A stretch of 64,000 nt of DNA, from NCBI GenBank assembly GCA_977016875.1, contig CDRNST010000026.1, positions 1,178,001 to 1,242,000 on the forward strand, written 5' to 3'. The translations under genes were made by a program, and so were the position numbers. The notes below the pieces were generated by a model, which was not told where the DNA came from, did no database searches, and saw only the letters and a program-made list of their open reading frames with translations. Shown one piece after another: positions 26,901 through 39,275 of the stretch; positions within the stretch are counted from its first letter, which is position 1; each line of letters begins with the position of its first letter. Origin of the DNA: Pavona decussata. Taxonomy: Eukaryota.

Positions 26901-29900
26901 AAGCGAACACCAACGCTGACTGATTTGGTTGACATGAATGTTTCCTACCCGACGTCACAGAATAAACACTGTCTGTCTAGAAAGCTCAGAACTCGGTAAT
27001 CTCTTTTCTGAAAGAAAGCCATATCGAAGAGCTAGGAGGATGAAAAAGATTCCCAGATATACCCTCCATCTACTGCGTTCTTGTGTTCAATATTAATTAT
27101 ATGGTTCATGACACATTCATGAATTACTAAACTAACAGCTTCATTTATGCCATTTGTCTAGTCCCCAGGATTCACCGGCAAACAGAAAAGCCATCACTTT
27201 TCAGAGGTGAGTTGATAAAACTTAACTTATGATTTGTTTTCCTCCAAATAGACAGCATTCATGTTAAAATAAATCAGTATTGTGATAGTATCGTTCAAAT
27301 GCATGGTTAAAGCCAATAACGCGTATTACGGTTGTCTAAAAGGTAAAATTTATTTATCAGTAGCCACACAAACGCAAGAGTGCATAGTTGTACACAGTGA
27401 GAAGTGGAAAGCACGCACTTCAAGGATCTGCACACGTTGACCCTTGCTCTTCGCGCTTGAGTATCTTGTACTTTTGAATGTGAGGGAATTACCAAGAAGG
27501 TAGAACTAACAACAAAAATATAAAGAAAAAAAAATTCTCGTCGAGGAATCCAGTTTATTTTTTCCCCGGAATTGCGGTAATGTCAGAATTCGGAATTTTC
27601 GGAAGTTCGGAATTTCCGGAAAGTGACGCACGGATCTCGGACAATCTTCGGAAAATAGAGAAGTCACGATGTTAGAATACATCTACTGAACTTCTAAGAA
27701 GCACTTTCAAAACGACTCAACATTCTCAAAATTAGACTAATTCTTGGAGACCTTAAATGTATTCGATTTGTCGCTTTAAACTTAGACGCTGATTTTTAAA
27801 GGGACGTTTATATGAATAATGCAGCCATCCAACCGTAACAGTCGTCGAAATATCGAATGCCTATGTTAAACTTCAACTAAAGCGATCCTTGTTTTGATAT
27901 GCCGGCGCAGTTTTACCGTTAGGAAGTTTTTGGACCGTCTAAGAAGTTTTGAAACAGATCTTTGCCTACTTCCTTCTCAAAAAGCAGCGATCAAGTAAGT
28001 CAAGACTAATGAATTATGTTTCCGTTGAGTATGTCGCGTGAGATACATCATGTGTGTCAAAAACTGTTCGAAAGTTCGGCTCAGTTTATAAACCAGTCGG
28101 TGCAATATTCGAATTAACGTTAATGTTTTCGTTTTTTTCTTAATTCACTGCCGAAAGAATCTGATGTTCTCAAGCTAAGGGAAGTAGAAAGAATTGGATT
28201 GATTCATTCTGTTGATTAGACTTCAAATAAAATGAAACTTATCTGTCGCTTTATATTAGTGATTGCAATTAAAATATTATCCATATCGAAAGGCGAACTT
28301 TGCTCCAACATGAGCGCCGATGAGTTCGATGATAATTTTTCCGCTCACTTGTCTTAAATGTCCAGAGCAGTATATTTCCTTCTTGGCAACAACTATGTGA
28401 ACATTTATGAACGCAATTCAAAATCCATTTGTTAAATTATTTGCGTACACAGTGATTCTTCTTTTAGGGTCCTTCGTATACCAATATTCCAGTATTGCCT
28501 TTCAGTAAATGATCGCAGCAAAAACGTTGTAGTAACCATGTCCGTTTCCATGTTTTATAACATAACTAAAGTAAAGCGCCGGATCTTATTGGTGCAAATA
28601 TAATTCTAATTCTACGCTACAAAATGACTTGGTCCCAGACTTAAATCACAGCGACGAAAATAAAGTACAAATTGTATTTTGTTTTCGTTATGATCTCGTA
28701 AGGCAAAAAACACCGTCCAGGTCCCAGCACGGCGAAAAGAAAAGTGAACAATCCATTGCATGGCTAACGTCCAAATACGGAAGTCAACTGTGCAATTTTC
28801 TTATGAGCTTGTTAACATGAACTGGGAACGACTTCCTATCCAGCGTTTGTTAAGGGTTTCAGTGGACAGCGTAGGAGTAGGACTAAGTACTGAAAAACAC
28901 AAAATAGCGGCGATTGAGGAGCTGTTGAATCGGAGAGAAACAGGGATTAAAAACTGAGGAAGAGGTAAAATTATCAAAGACACAGGACACGAAATCAGAC
29001 AGTGATGTGATCATTTTATTCAAATGTCGATAAAATGTTGTATTTTTTTTTCTTGAAACTAGGCTGCTTGAGTACTAGAACTCTATTTCTCCCATCACTC
29101 ATGGATTTTGTTAAATGGGTCATGAAAAGACCCTTTGCCAATGTCCACTTGTATCTTTGCTAGTTGCCAATTTGGTAAAATACTACAATTTTGTATTCAG
29201 TTTGGCCTTTTTCCTGGTGCAAGGTTTTTCAAATGGAACTTAGTCAGGTTTTAACTGCATGTGCTTCAAAACTCCATTTCAAAAGAATAGTTTCGAAATT
29301 GTCGTCGCTTTGATGAAGAGGCCCATACCAACTCGGAGGTGGTCTTCATGCTCATCTGTTCCTTGCTTTTCTTTAAGGGCGAGTTGGCCTTCGACGATAA
29401 CTCGAACGTTGTATCTCCAACAGAGAGAAAGAGACAAGGTAACCGAGAATAAAATATGCTACATTGCACAATAACGCGTGCTTCAAATGCCTAAGGCTAG
29501 ATTACCAGCCGCTGTTTGGGAAGTAACCGGACCCGTGGGAGTGGCGGAAATTGAATCTAGAATGCCCCTTGAGGCCCGAGGCACTAGCGACGCAAGCCAT
29601 ACGTAAGCTAGAAACCAGGGTTGTCGTGAACATAAGAGCACGGCAAGGACAAGCAAAATCGTTTTCCTTTTTCTTGTGCTTGAGTTTATGGCAGAGTGAT
29701 TACTAGTGAATAACAGATTAGAAGAATGAGCGTGCTCTTCCCTAGACCTGTATTCAGTTGAAGCTTATAGACCTGCGTTACTGTTACTTTCACGGGAAGA
29801 GACATCATGTTTGCTAGCTTAGTTGTGTATCCTTTGAACATGAGGCCTTGTTGCCTTGAACTAAATATTATAAATATCAATGCATTTCAGTGGATCTATT

Positions 29901-32900
29901 GTACCATTTACAGAAAGCAGAAAATCCGAGGACCAAGAGACGACATTAGATGTAAAGAAACTCGAGTCCAAGCTGAAGGAACTTATCTCCAAATTGCAAA
30001 ACGCTGAGAAAGAAAACCAACTCCTAGAAGACAAACTTCGCGACGAAGAAGAAAGAGCCGACACTTTGGAGGAAGAACTACACAAGAATGAGACTTCCAA
30101 AAAAGAACTGGAAGAACAAGTGACAAAACTAGAAACCGAAAAGATTAATCTGTCGAAGAAAGCCAAATCAAACAGCGACGTTTTGAAGAGGGTGGCGGAA
30201 TCAGAGGGAGAGAAAAGAGCTTTAGAGGACCATCTTCTCGAAAAATCAAAGAACTTCGAAACTCTATCTCAAAAGTACAATTCGCTTAAGGAGAAGATGG
30301 ATAACTACGATGTTCTTGAAGAAAAAGTTTATATTTTCGAACGAGAAAGAAAAGAATATCGAGACACAAAGAAGAACTTAGAAGAACAGCTTGAACAATT
30401 ACGAACGGAAAGAGAGGAATTGGCACAAATGAACGAGAAAAATACCTCGGTCAATAGAAACCTCGAACATGAGATAGCCAGGCTAAAAGGAGACAGGGAA
30501 GGATTGGAAAGTCAATATAATACTTTGCGAAGTGAAAAGGAATCTCTAGTCGAGGAACTTACAAATCGATTTGAAGTCTTAGATGAACAGAAAAATGTAT
30601 TATTAGAAGACAAAACTGATTTGGAAACAAAACTGAAAACGCTTGATGGAGAAAATAATAACTTGAAGCTCAAATTGGAGGCTCTAGCGAAGGAGATGGA
30701 AGTTTCAAAGGAGAATGCCAAGAAGAATAATCTAGAAAGAGAAAAAGATGAATTGGAGAAAGAGCTCAACAAGATCAGGAAACAGAAAGAAGAAACACAG
30801 AAGACCTGTGAAGATTTGGCTTCAAAACTAAGCAAAGCATACGCGGAGTTAGAACAAGCTAAGCCAACAGTAAATAACAACGGAACATCAGGTATGTACC
30901 ACTGCGTAACGGTATGAGAGAATGAGGTAAAAGAGAATGTCCCACAATCAACAACTATTCCTAGTGAGGAATGTATCTGAGTTATTTTAAGTTCAACCAT
31001 AGCCAGCAGATATTGATTATATAATGATTACTGAATGGGGAGCAGCGGGAAGGGCTCAGTGGTGAGAACCGCGTAAATTGATTGAGTTGACAAGCCGCCA
31101 TAGAAATTTCCTTTGAACTTGACTAACGTTTTTGGAGGATACTTTAGGTAGGCTGTGTGACAAGTGCTGGAGAGAGGAAAGAGAGGACAGCGAGAGGAAA
31201 GGGGGTAAGGCGCCTTGCTTTCCCCTCCCCATCGCGCTTGAGAATCTCTCCTCTCCGTTCACTTTTAGCGTCCCCTACGAAGTCTATCGTTTTGGAGAAA
31301 CGTGCCAAATCGGCCCTTTTTTAAAACTGATTGACAGAAGTAACTTCTATCGTAAGACATCTTTAATTTAATTTAATTTAATGAACTAAAAGTGAAAGAT
31401 TTACACTTTTTGAACAATCCGAACACGATGTAGAGTAAGCTTCTTTCCCTAAACCCGTACACTGGCTAACAACAAGGCCACCTACAAGACTAGTATGTTA
31501 TGATGTTATAGTTAGAGTTGATAATTTGGTCATAACCACTTTCGGTCACTTTCTACTAACAGAATCAAATTTTATTTTCCTCTCTAGTTGATCAAAAGGA
31601 AGAGATTGTCTCTCTTCAAGAAAAGGTTTCATCACTTGAAAGGGATCGGGAAAATTTGGAAGACGATCTCGACGACAAAGAAAGAGAAATTGATGAAATG
31701 AAAAAGAATATTGAGGAACTTGAAACGGACAACAGAGAAAAAGATAAAGACCTTCTGAATTATAAAGCACAACTAGACGCTGCTAATGAGGAAATAAAAG
31801 CGTTGAGGACAAAAGCGGCTAAAAAAGATGAGGAGAGGGCAAATACAGCAAAGCGTGGAGAAGACGAGGCAAAAGCGGAGTACGAGAAGAGAAGGAAAGA
31901 TTACGAGTCTATGATTGAGAAGCTAACAAAAGAAGTTTCTTCACTGCAGGGAAGACTTTCGACCGCAAACCAGAAGAACAAAAACTTGGAGGAAAAGGTG
32001 AAATGTTCGAAACAGGTGAGAAACTACCTTCTCGGTATCATAAAATGATTGTCACGTTCAAAGTAATAGTTTACACTCAGTGGCGATCGCTGCAATAGGT
32101 CCTCGGCAATCGCTTGCGCGCATGTGCAATGATTATGTTGAAAAATGTTGCAGCGATGAATAGACGTTATTCAAACTGAATGGTCGCTAAGGCTTCCCGA
32201 CTTTTAGACTTTTCAAGAAATTAATATGACCACGTGAACGGGTATATATATATAGGTTATTGAACTAACGTGAGGTCCATATTGGAAAAGTACTGGCCGA
32301 GTTCTTTTTTTTCAATTTTTTTCCAAGATCAGCACGCACATTCTCCTCACCGTTCTCCATATATTTCTCATGGTACCAGTTAGGAGAATTTGCTTAGACA
32401 TCAAGACATTTTTGGATATTTTGTCTTCGGGGATGATACTGTTTTTGTCCTGACGACCTGAATGTTTGATCAAGCTGTGAGATTGTACTAGGGAGAAATT
32501 TGATGCGGGTCACTTGGACCTTAAAGGATTATTAAGGTGTGTGGAAGCGCAGGTTGTACATGAAGTATGTTCGCATTCGATCCGATCACTAAGATCGCGA
32601 AGATCATCGCGTTTCGTGTATAAATTATATGTTCACAAATGATCACTGCGATCACTAAGTTCTTTCTTCAACGATAGCAAAATGCTCTTAAATGAGTTTT
32701 AAAAAATTGTTGGGCGATACTAGGTCTTGCGATTTAGTTTTCTCTGTTTTAAACTTAATGGCTTGTTGTTGGATTATATAAAAAAAATATAGGGTATCGA
32801 ACACCTGAAATTTTTTCATGGGTCATGGGAGAGAAAGGTTTCGGGTTAACATAAAAAGGACGACAGGATCTGATTACCAGACAACACGGTTGAATAACCA

Positions 32901-35900
32901 ATTTCCATTAGGGAGGCTAAATGCAAAGCTTTTCATGTGAAAATTAGTTTTGTGCCATAAGAATGAAAACTAATTTTCATGATAAAAGCTATGTGCGAAG
33001 CCTTGCTTTCAGAATGAGATTGAAAGGAACTCGGAAAAAAACCATTAGAGAATGCTGGTCCTGCACTTAAAAACGAATGTACCGTATGAATTGTACATCG
33101 TGTTCTTCTGGGAACGTAATGCGAATGACAGTCACTCCTGTCTGGGGAGTATCAAAATGTTATTGTGTTGTTTGTTAATAACTTCCATGTTTCAGGCCAG
33201 CCGTGTGGAAGAACAATTTGTAGCAAGAAACGAAAATCAACTGGAAAGCGCATCGGTGACTTTCAATGAATATCTTCCAAGTGAAATAGAAGAACTGGTT
33301 GGAAACGAACAGACGAATGGCCAAATGGAAAACAGTGGGACAAGTTATGACACGAGCGAGAGCGACAGAAACATTCAGCTGAAGAAAGACTTCGAAAACT
33401 TAAAACTGTTTACGGAGGAACTGGAAACGAAGTTGGCAAAGGAAAAAGAGGGGAAACGATCATTGGAATCTGAAGTCGAGAATTTTGAGCTGGAGAAGCG
33501 AAGGGGAATGAAGATGTACCGAGAATTGGAAGAGGAGTGCAATCGACTGAGAGACGAATTGACTGAAAACGGCTCTTCTCAAAACCAAGTTGAAGTGAGG
33601 GTGCGAGAGAAACTGAGAGTAAGGCTCGAAACTAAAGAAGAGGAAATCGAAGCTCTGAGCAAGCAGGTGAACTCGCTGAAGAAAGACTTGCAGATCGTCA
33701 AGGAAGAAAGAGATAAAGGTGACATGCATTATGCCAGTCTTGTAGAAAAATACAAGAATCTCTCGAAGGAAAACAAAATCTTGGAGCAAGAGAAACAAGA
33801 ACGGCATCAACAGGATTGTAAATCGCGGGAACTGGAAGAGTCCATGCAAACTCGCATTCGTGAGCTTGATCAGATGAAAGATGAAATTGAGTCTATGAGA
33901 GATAACTTGCGTACCCTTGTACGAGAGAAAGAAATGGGGATGAAGGAATACACGTCTCTACAAAAGGATATAATGAAGTTAACAAGCGAACGCGAAGAAC
34001 TTGAAGAACAAGTTCGTGGCGAAATGCAGCGTGCTGACAAGTTACAAAGGGAACGTTGTTTGCTGCAGGAACGAGTGGAGGAAATGCGGAAGGACTTGAA
34101 CAAAAGAGATCTGGTCGCCGCGGCTGATAAAAAGACTATCGACACCTACGCCGACGAAATCAAGATTTTGAAAGACGAAAAGGAGAATGCTGACAAGGAA
34201 ACTGCAAAACTGAGAAAACAAAGCGCAAATTTGCTTCAAGACCTGGAGAGATTGAACAAAGAAAAAGAACATGTTGGCAGTCTTAAATTAGAAAAAGATA
34301 GTGTGTTGAAGGAAGTTGAGCTTTTACGAAAGGAAAATCATCAACTTGTACAAAAACTCGTCGAATTCGACCAAATGAAAGAACATTGTGGAAATCTCCG
34401 AGATCATCTGGAGAAAATGAACAGAGCATGTGAAGATTTAGCCACGCTTAAAATTTACAAAGAGGAAGCGGCTGAGAAGATTGCGATTTTAAGAAACGAA
34501 AAGGAACAACTTGTTCAAAAGGTGGACCAATTCAAGGAAGAACTTGACAAGCTCAGACAAGAAAAGGTAGTTGGACTTGAAGAACTGGAGAAATTAAGAG
34601 AAGAAAACGAGGATCTACTTGAGGAAATAAGGGAATTGGAAGACAACAAGGAAGAAGTTGAGAATCTTAGGAACGAGAAGCATATCGCAACAAAGGAAAT
34701 CGACATCTTGAAAGAAGTGAATGAAACTCTTTTAAAAGAGCAGGAGGAATTGAAAAAAGTGAATTTGGATTTCAGAACTCTGTCAAATGATAAAGAAAGC
34801 GTCTCAAAGGAGAATGAAGCATTGAAGAAGGAAAATGAAAATCTATTGAATGAAATTGAAAAATTAAAAGGAACCCATGAAGACGGCAGTGCTCTTAGAG
34901 AAGAAAGAGACATCCTCTTGAAAGAAGTGGAGAGATTAAATGAAGAAAATGAAAGTCTTCTTCAAGAATTTGAGAAACTAGAATTACGAAGAGCTGATTT
35001 AGAAACCGAAAACGCAGCTTTAACTAACAATATTGTACAATTTGAAAGAACGAAAGAAGAAATGAAAGCGCTGAAAGAGGAAAAAGAAAAAGACCTAAAT
35101 GAGAGTGACGAGCTAAAACAAGAAAATAAAGTTCTTTTGGACAAGCTTCAATGTCTGCAAGGGATCAAAGGAGAACTTCAAACTTCCCTAGAAGAAAAGA
35201 AATGTATTGAAAAACAGAGAGAGGAATTCGAAATTCAGCTCGAAAACCAAGCATTAGAGATGATGCGGCTCAAAAAAGAAACGACATCTTTAAAGAAAAA
35301 GATTGACGTTATCACGAAAGATTTTCATCGGCTTCAAGATGAGAAATCTCTTCACGAGGAAGAACTTTTGGCATCTCGGAAAGCAGATTTAGAAAAGATA
35401 GAACTCCTGACAAAGGATCTTGAGCGAATTCAAGAGGAGGAGACTTTGAGTCAAGATAAACCAATTTCTGCTGTTAATAAAGGGGGTGCAAAGTCTACAC
35501 GTGATGCTATCCAGATCAAAACTTTGAAAGAAGAAATTGGATTCCTTGAGAAAGAAGTCGAAGACTTAAGTGAGGAAAACAGAGAACTTTTGCAGTCATA
35601 TAAAGGTCTGCAAAAAGAACATGGCTGTCTTAAAGAGGAAGTTAGTGCCATTGAGAAGCGCTTAGAAATAAAAATGAATGATCTTCAAAGTGTCACTGAG
35701 GAAAGGGACTTTCTGGAAAAGAGAAGGGATGAATTAGAACAAGAAGTGCAAACGAACTCACTAGAGCTTCAGGAATTGAGAAAAGATTATGATCCAATAT
35801 GTCTTAGACTGGAACATGCAGAAAAGGAAATTCAAGATTACGTTAAAGAAAATGAAGAACTGCATCAAAATTACATCGAATTGGAAGAGAAATATGACCG

Positions 35901-38900
35901 CATTCGCAAACTTAATAGGGAACTAGAAGAAGACATTGATATCGAAAGCAACAACCTTGTAGAAGCAAAAAGTCGCATTGAAGAACTCAACAAAAGTAAT
36001 GCAAACCTGCGGCAGCGGATAACGAAAATGCAACAAGAAATTTCCAAATTGCGTGGAATTTCTGAGGTGAGAAATGAAGAACATGGAGAACAGACTAAAA
36101 ACGCGCCCCAGGTGGAGAAAAACAAAACCATAGTACAGTCAAGGAGGGAGCAGTTAGAAGCCCGACTCATTACGGAGGAACTCAGGTCTAGTAAATTTGG
36201 GGAAGAAAATCGCAGGCTGAGGAATCGAGTGCAAAGCATTGACGAGAGTCACGAGACAATCGTACACGAAAACGAAAGGACTATTAAATCGCTTGAGAGG
36301 GAAGTGAAGAATTTTCGGTCTTCGAAAGAGCGAGCGAACGCACTAGAAAAAGAACTTCAGGAATTGAAAGAAAAACTCGATTTTGAAATCTCAAATAGTA
36401 ACAACAAGTCTGAAGAAATCAACCTCAAGAAGAAAGAAAATGATTCTCTCATCTACGAACTTGAGAGCACAAGACACAGGCTTGTCTCCAACGTTCTTAA
36501 TCCTTTAGAGGAAGCCACATTTCCGGGAAATTTCCGCGTTTCTGCTGCTGATATTTCCGCAGGGAAAAGCAAGGCCTGGTCTAGCATCAAGGAAGGCATT
36601 ATAACACTCAACAGGGAACTCGAGAGATTAAGCGCTGAAAATACAAGTTTGCAGCAGGCGTGTTCCGAGATGAAAGAAGAAGGTCAAGTTCTGAAGGAGT
36701 CTGCCTACTTGACGAATGAAGGCAACGAAAGTACTCAGGTAAAAGTTGCTATCTTCAATAGGATGTCTTATACTTTAATTTATACGAGTTTGATGTTTAT
36801 ATGAAACATGCCGATTCATTAAAATCATTGTCATTGGTTACTCGTTGAATGAGAGACTGTTGTGACTGAATTGACTAATGGACTGACACAGCTGACTGAT
36901 TGACTGACTGATTGACTGACAAACTTACTGACCGTGACCGACTGACAGACTGTCCGGCAAACAGACTGACTTACTCGCTGACTGGCTTGCTGCCTACCTT
37001 ACTGGCTGGCTGACGTCTGACTGAGTAACAGTAACAGTAGCAGTGCATCTCCAAAGGGAGGCATTGACTGATTGAATGACTTATTGGCTGGCTGGCCGAC
37101 TGAGGACTGACTGACTGACAAACCCTCTGACTGACAGACAGACTGACCGACCGACTGACAGACTGACCTGCTAACAGACAGACTGAATGATTGGTTGGCT
37201 GACGTCTGACTGACTAACTGAGTAATAGTAACAGAAGCAGTATATCTCCAAAGGGGGGCATTGACTGATTGATTGACTGACTGACTGACTGACTTATTGG
37301 CTGACTGGCTGACTGACAAACTGTCTGAATGACAGACTGACCAGCTAACAGACAGACTGACTCATTGTTTGGCTGACGTCTGATTGACTAACTAAGTAAC
37401 AGTAACAGTTGCAGTATATCTCCAAAGGGAGGCATTGACTGACTGACCGACTGACTGACTGACTGACTGACTGACTGACTGACTGACTGTGACCGACTGA
37501 CAGACTAACCGGCTAACAAACGGACAGACAGACTAATTGACTGACTGCCTGACTGACGACTGACTGACTAAATAAGAGACTGACTGACCGACTGACAGAC
37601 AAACTGGCTAGTTGACCGACTGACCGGCTAAGAGAGATACTGACTGAGTGACCCGTAGGCTGACTGATTCACTGCTGGGACCGACTTTAACCAATTGTTT
37701 CAAAAGATTGATGGAGTGACAAATTTAAAATAATTAATTGTTTAATTGACTGCTGGAATGTCCGAGTCAACTGTTGGTCGTTCTTATTATTTTCCACTTC
37801 AGAAACTGGAAAAGGTCAAACCCACCCGCAAACCACCTACCATGGAAGACATCTCAGGCAAAGAAAAGGAAGTCAAAGCTCTACACCAGAAAATTGCCCA
37901 AGACGAAGAAGACTTGGCGTTGGTTCAAAGCAAAAACAAGGAGCTGCTTCGTCGGATAGAATTTATGAAACGAATGCAGCTTACAAATGACCAAGATAAA
38001 CAGAAGCTAGCGTCCCAGAGGTCGCTATCCTCTTCAATGGATGGTAGACTGGATCAGAATGTATGTTCAGAGTTTAAACTGCAAAGATGTCATACAGTTG
38101 AGAGCATTTCAATTATCGGACGCGATGAGCCTGTTGAGAAGCCACATGACATAGATCGCATTCACGAACTTCTTCAAGATGACCTGGTGAGTGAAAACTC
38201 CGAGAAAGGACAAACGAGTGAAGCCAGTGACGTGGAAACCAGTACAACGCAGATACCTATAAACGAACAAGATAATGGATCGGAGGAAGAGCAAATGGAG
38301 ATTGCGCGGGAACTGGTAAAGAAAAACAGGCGAATATTCGAATTGGAACAGGTTGGTGAGCATAGCTATGCCGGTTTTTCCGGAATCACTCAGCACATGC
38401 ACCTGCAAAAAGAGAAGCTTTGATGGCACCTAAGACCACGAATAAATGGCACCGTCTATCACCAATGTAATCTGCAATTCCAGATTAACCTAATTTAAGC
38501 ACATTTGTAAACGTAAATGCACTATGATGTAAAAAAGTGGCACAATTGCTCATGGAAGTAATGCACTCGGTTATTGCATCATAAGTCGGTAATCATCATA
38601 AAGCGCATTTTCTAAGTAGAATTTGGTAACGTAAATTTTAAAGGGTGATAAAGGAAATGTTCCACATTTTGCTGGTGGAAAATGCAAAATGATCATGTTC
38701 TGGTTGTAGAACATGATCTGCTAACACTGGACGAAAAATCGGATACCAAATTCACTTGCTCTAATTGCAATAATACTCTAAAGTTGTTCTACCAAACAAG
38801 TGGCGTGCAATACACTACACAAACTAAACGATTAAGTTAAAACAAAAAGCACTACAAATAAGTAGGTTAATTAGCGTCATTAATTGATCACATTCAACAC

Positions 38901-39227
38901 GCCACGTTCAATAACCTGGCAATTCAGTTTCCTGAGGCTGCATGCTGATTTCTCTACGTAGTTTGTGGGTCCCAGTGCTGAATAATTGTAAAAATAGAAC
39001 TTTTAAATACTTCCTAGGTTATACACCACTCTGCGTGGGCTACATTTGAGTTTAGCCTTTACCACGTGATCAAGAAACGACTAATGAGAGCACGTGTTAC
39101 GGTCAAAGAAACTCTAGCTATTAAATAATTAATTTAGTGTCTGCACTTACTATCACAAGTCTATGCAAACGTCAATGTCAGCATCATCGTCGTCATTATC
39201 ATTACCCAAGTATTCATCACCGTCATG

Positions 39228-39275
<48 letters not shown>

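Noticed and set aside
30512-36239. Multiple minus-strand ORFs rich in S/F/L
   Set aside because: Antisense shadows of the E/K-rich coiled-coil exons.
33052-36804. Calling the 1250-aa ORF a myosin heavy chain, SMC or golgin gene
   Set aside because: No motor, ATPase or GRIP domain is visible. It is an internal exon (33196-36738) and the resemblance is compositional only.
36999-37319. SQSV-repeat ORF (and the NQSI-repeat ORF at 15979-16362)
   Set aside because: Tetranucleotide microsatellite translations.
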